Part shown: piece after piece, positions 61,572 to 64,000 of the stretch | How positions within the stretch are numbered: the stretch's first letter is position 1 | How the letters are laid out: every line of letters begins with the position of its first letter | NCBI GenBank assembly: GCA_965213675.1 | Contig: OZ243916.1 | Span: forward strand, 3,488,001 to 3,552,000 | Source of the DNA: an uncultured Candidatus Binatia bacterium | GTDB lineage: Bacteria > Desulfobacterota > Binatia > UBA9968 > JAJDTQ01 | Direction of reading: 5' to 3' | DNA length: 64,000 bases | Translations under genes and position numbers: made by a program | The notes under the pieces: generated by a model | Told to the model about the DNA's origin: nothing | The model's input: the letters and a program-made list of their open reading frames with translations, nothing else | Database searches by the model: none

Positions 61572-62717
61572 ATGAGCGATCTGGCGACCATGAGGACCGA
61601 TGTGGTGGGGAGTCTGCTGCGGCCCGAGGGGCTCAAGGACGCGCGGCGGCGTTTTGAGGCGGGTGAGTTGGATGCGGACGGACTGCGGGCGGCCGAGGAC
61701 GCGGCCATTCGGGAGGCGGTGGCCTTGCAGGAGAGCCTGGGGCTGGGCGTGGTCACCGACGGGGAGTTCCGCAGGCTCAACTTCCAGGACAGCTTCGGCG
61801 CGTGCGTGGAGGGGTTCCGCTCCGGCTCGGCGCGCATGGAGATCCTGGAGCGGCAATCCCGCGGTGGGAAGGCGTTGCGGCGCTGGGACGTGCAGCGCGA
61901 CGTGAACCCCGAAGTGCCGGTGTGGCACCGGCTGCCGGCGGTGGAGCGACTGCGCCTGGCGCGGAACCTGCCGCTGGAGGAATACCGCTTTCTCGGCGCG
62001 GCCACGGGCACGCCGGCCAAGGTGGCGCTGGTGGGACCCGACCGCATCAGCCAGCGTTTCGACCATGAGAACTCGCGGGACGTCTACCCTACGGTGGAGG
62101 ATTTCCTGGATGATGTCGTGGCCATCGAGAAGGCCATGGTGGCGGGTCTGGTGGAGGCCGGCTGCGGCTACGTGCAGATCGATGCCCCCGGCTACACCGC
62201 CTACGTGGACGAGCCGTCCCTGGCGGCCATGCGCGAGCGCGGCGAAGACCCGGAAGCGAACCTGGAGCGCTCCATCGCCGCGGACAACCGCATCGTCGAA
62301 GCCTTCGGCGACGCCGTGTCCGGCATCCACCTGTGCCGCGGCAACCAGCGCAGCATGTGGCACCGCGAGGGGTCCTATGACGCCGTGGCCGAACGCTTGT
62401 TCTCCGGGCTGCGGCACCGCCGGTTGCTGCTGGAATACGACACCGAGCGCGCTGGCGGGTTCGAGCCGTTGCGGTTCGTCCCCAAGGAGACGGTGGTGGT
62501 GCTGGGTCTCGTGAGCACCAAGGTGCCGGACCTGGAGAGCGTGGACCGACTGGCTCGGCGCATCGATGACGCCGCCCGTTATCTGCCGCTGGAGCAGTTG
62601 GCCATCAGCCCCCAATGCGGCTTCTCCTCCGACGTGGTGGGCAATCTCGTCACGCCCGACGACCAGAAGCGCAAGCTCGAGCGGGTGGTGGAGACTGCGC
62701 GACAGGTGTGGGGATGA
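61572..62717 (+). CDS. Cobalamin-independent methionine synthase II family protein
   Basis: VGSLLRP, TDGEFRR, QIDAP, HLCRGN, LEYD, SPQCGF. Confidence 0.92.
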   Translation: MSDLATMRTDVVGSLLRPEGLKDARRRFEAGELDADGLRAAEDAAIREAVALQESLGLGVVTDGEFRRLNFQDSFGACVEGFRSGSARMEILERQSRGGKALRRWDVQRDVNPEVPVWHRLPAVERLRLARNLPLEEYRFLGAATGTPAKVALVGPDRISQRFDHENSRDVYPTVEDFLDDVVAIEKAMVAGLVEAGCGYVQIDAPGYTAYVDEPSLAAMRERGEDPEANLERSIAADNRIVEAFGDAVSGIHLCRGNQRSMWHREGSYDAVAERLFSGLRHRRLLLEYDTERAGGFEPLRFVPKETVVVLGLVSTKVPDLESVDRLARRIDDAARYLPLEQLAISPQCGFSSDVVGNLVTPDDQKRKLERVVETARQVWG

Positions 62718-62871
62718 CGGACTTTCCGGCTTTGCCGGCGGCCGCGTGACGCGGAAGCGTTCGTGCGCCGCCAGGCTTTCGAAGCGCAGTGAGGATTCAT
62801 CGGACCCATTCATCATCGACCTCATTCATGGGCGGAGGACAGCCCATGAAGACGCACGGAGACCCGAACCC

Positions 62872-63996
62872 ATGAAAATCAGCGCCATCAAGACCCGGAG
62901 GCTCGCGAACATCCCGCTGGACCTGCCTTTTCACGAACGCCGGACGGCATCCGTGGACCTGTTGTGGGTGGAGACCGACCAAGGGCTTGTGGGGACGGCC
63001 GAGATCGGCCACGGGCCGGGGGCTGCCATCCTGCGGTTCATCGAGGCGGACCTGACGCCCTTTCTCCTGGGTCGGGACCCGCTGGAAAACGAGCGCCTCA
63101 TGCACGAGATGCGCTGGCGTTTCAACCCGAGGGCTGAGCCCGGCGTGTGGAACCCGGCGGTGAGCGCGGTGGACGTGGCGTTGTGGGACATCAAGGGCAA
63201 GCTCTACGACAAGCCGGTGTGGCGCCTCCTCGGCGCCGCGCAGCCGTCGGTCCCATGCTACTTCACCTTCGGTCTCAGGAGCTACGGCCGGGATGCGCTG
63301 GTGGAAGCGGCGCGGCACTGGGTGGCGCGCGGCCACAAGCGTCTCAAGCTGATGGTCGGACGCCTCAATATGCGCGGCGAGATGGACATGCGCGGGGCCA
63401 GCGGGGCGCACCGGGAGGACGATCCGGCGGAGGACGAGCGCCGGGTGCGGGCGGTGCGGGAAGCGGTGGGGGACGAAGTGGAACTCATGGTGGACGCCGC
63501 CTGCCTGCTGCGCTACGACGCAGCGCTGCGCTGGTGCAAGCGGCTGGAGCCCTGCAACCTCATGTGGTTCGAGGAGCCCCTTCTGCGGAACGATCCGGAG
63601 CGGCTGGCGGCGCTGCGGCGCCATACTTCCATCCCCATCGCCGCCGGGCAATGGGAGGACTTCCACGGCCTGGCCGGCCTCGTGCGGGGCGATGCCGTGG
63701 ACTTTCTCAATATTCAGGTGGGCTCCGTGGGCGGATTCACCATGGGCATGAAAGCGGCGGCGCTGGCGCAGGCGTTCGACCTACCCATCGGCAACGGCGC
63801 CTACTACGACATGAACCTGCACGCCGCCGTCCCCAACGGCTGGCGCACCGAGTTCCACGTCAACGACTGGCACATGGCCAGGACCCTCTACCGGGACCCG
63901 CCCGAGCCCGAGGACGGTTGGGCGACCCTGCCGGAAACCCCCGGACACGGCATGATTCTCAACGACGACGCGGTGCGGGAATACGCGCGGGACTGA
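62872..63996 (+). CDS. Mandelate racemase/muconate lactonizing enzyme family protein
   Basis: SAVDVALWDIKGK, LMVDA, WFEEP, PIAAG, PGHG. Confidence 0.9.
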   Translation: MKISAIKTRRLANIPLDLPFHERRTASVDLLWVETDQGLVGTAEIGHGPGAAILRFIEADLTPFLLGRDPLENERLMHEMRWRFNPRAEPGVWNPAVSAVDVALWDIKGKLYDKPVWRLLGAAQPSVPCYFTFGLRSYGRDALVEAARHWVARGHKRLKLMVGRLNMRGEMDMRGASGAHREDDPAEDERRVRAVREAVGDEVELMVDAACLLRYDAALRWCKRLEPCNLMWFEEPLLRNDPERLAALRRHTSIPIAAGQWEDFHGLAGLVRGDAVDFLNIQVGSVGGFTMGMKAAALAQAFDLPIGNGAYYDMNLHAAVPNGWRTEFHVNDWHMARTLYRDPPEPEDGWATLPETPGHGMILNDDAVREYARD

Positions 63997-64000
63997 ATCC

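Overview
High-GC bacterial chromosomal window. The gene order xerC-hslVU-argB-argD-argF-argG-argH-lipoprotein-lysA-dapF-dapA-dapB and the many catabolic-enzyme paralogs resemble Deltaproteobacteria sensu lato, possibly Binatia-like (inference only). The first ~28 kb is mostly housekeeping: a 2-oxoacid:ferredoxin oxidoreductase, Moco genes, Arg/Lys biosynthesis, and a Rieske/split cytochrome b complex with an octaheme cytochrome c and a cupredoxin-like partner. The remaining ~36 kb is an accessory patchwork: an IS630 element, an MMPL pseudogene, two of three copies of a 165-bp palindromic MITE-like element (the first lies at 12.4 kb), several decayed toxin-antitoxin modules, a cas5 stub and orphan enzymes. 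The ORF track hides two UGA-recoding candidates. One is a deiodinase-like selenoprotein (45451-46155, FGSIT-U-PPF) with an fdhF-type SECIS hairpin. The other, the top candidate for novelty, is a 71-aa microprotein (51626-51841) with two in-frame UGAs in a U-x-x-x-U motif followed by a SECIS-like hairpin, lying next to an unknown protein and a heme-oxygenase-like diiron enzyme. No rRNA, tRNA or CRISPR array was recognised. Family calls come from motif recognition, not database searches.
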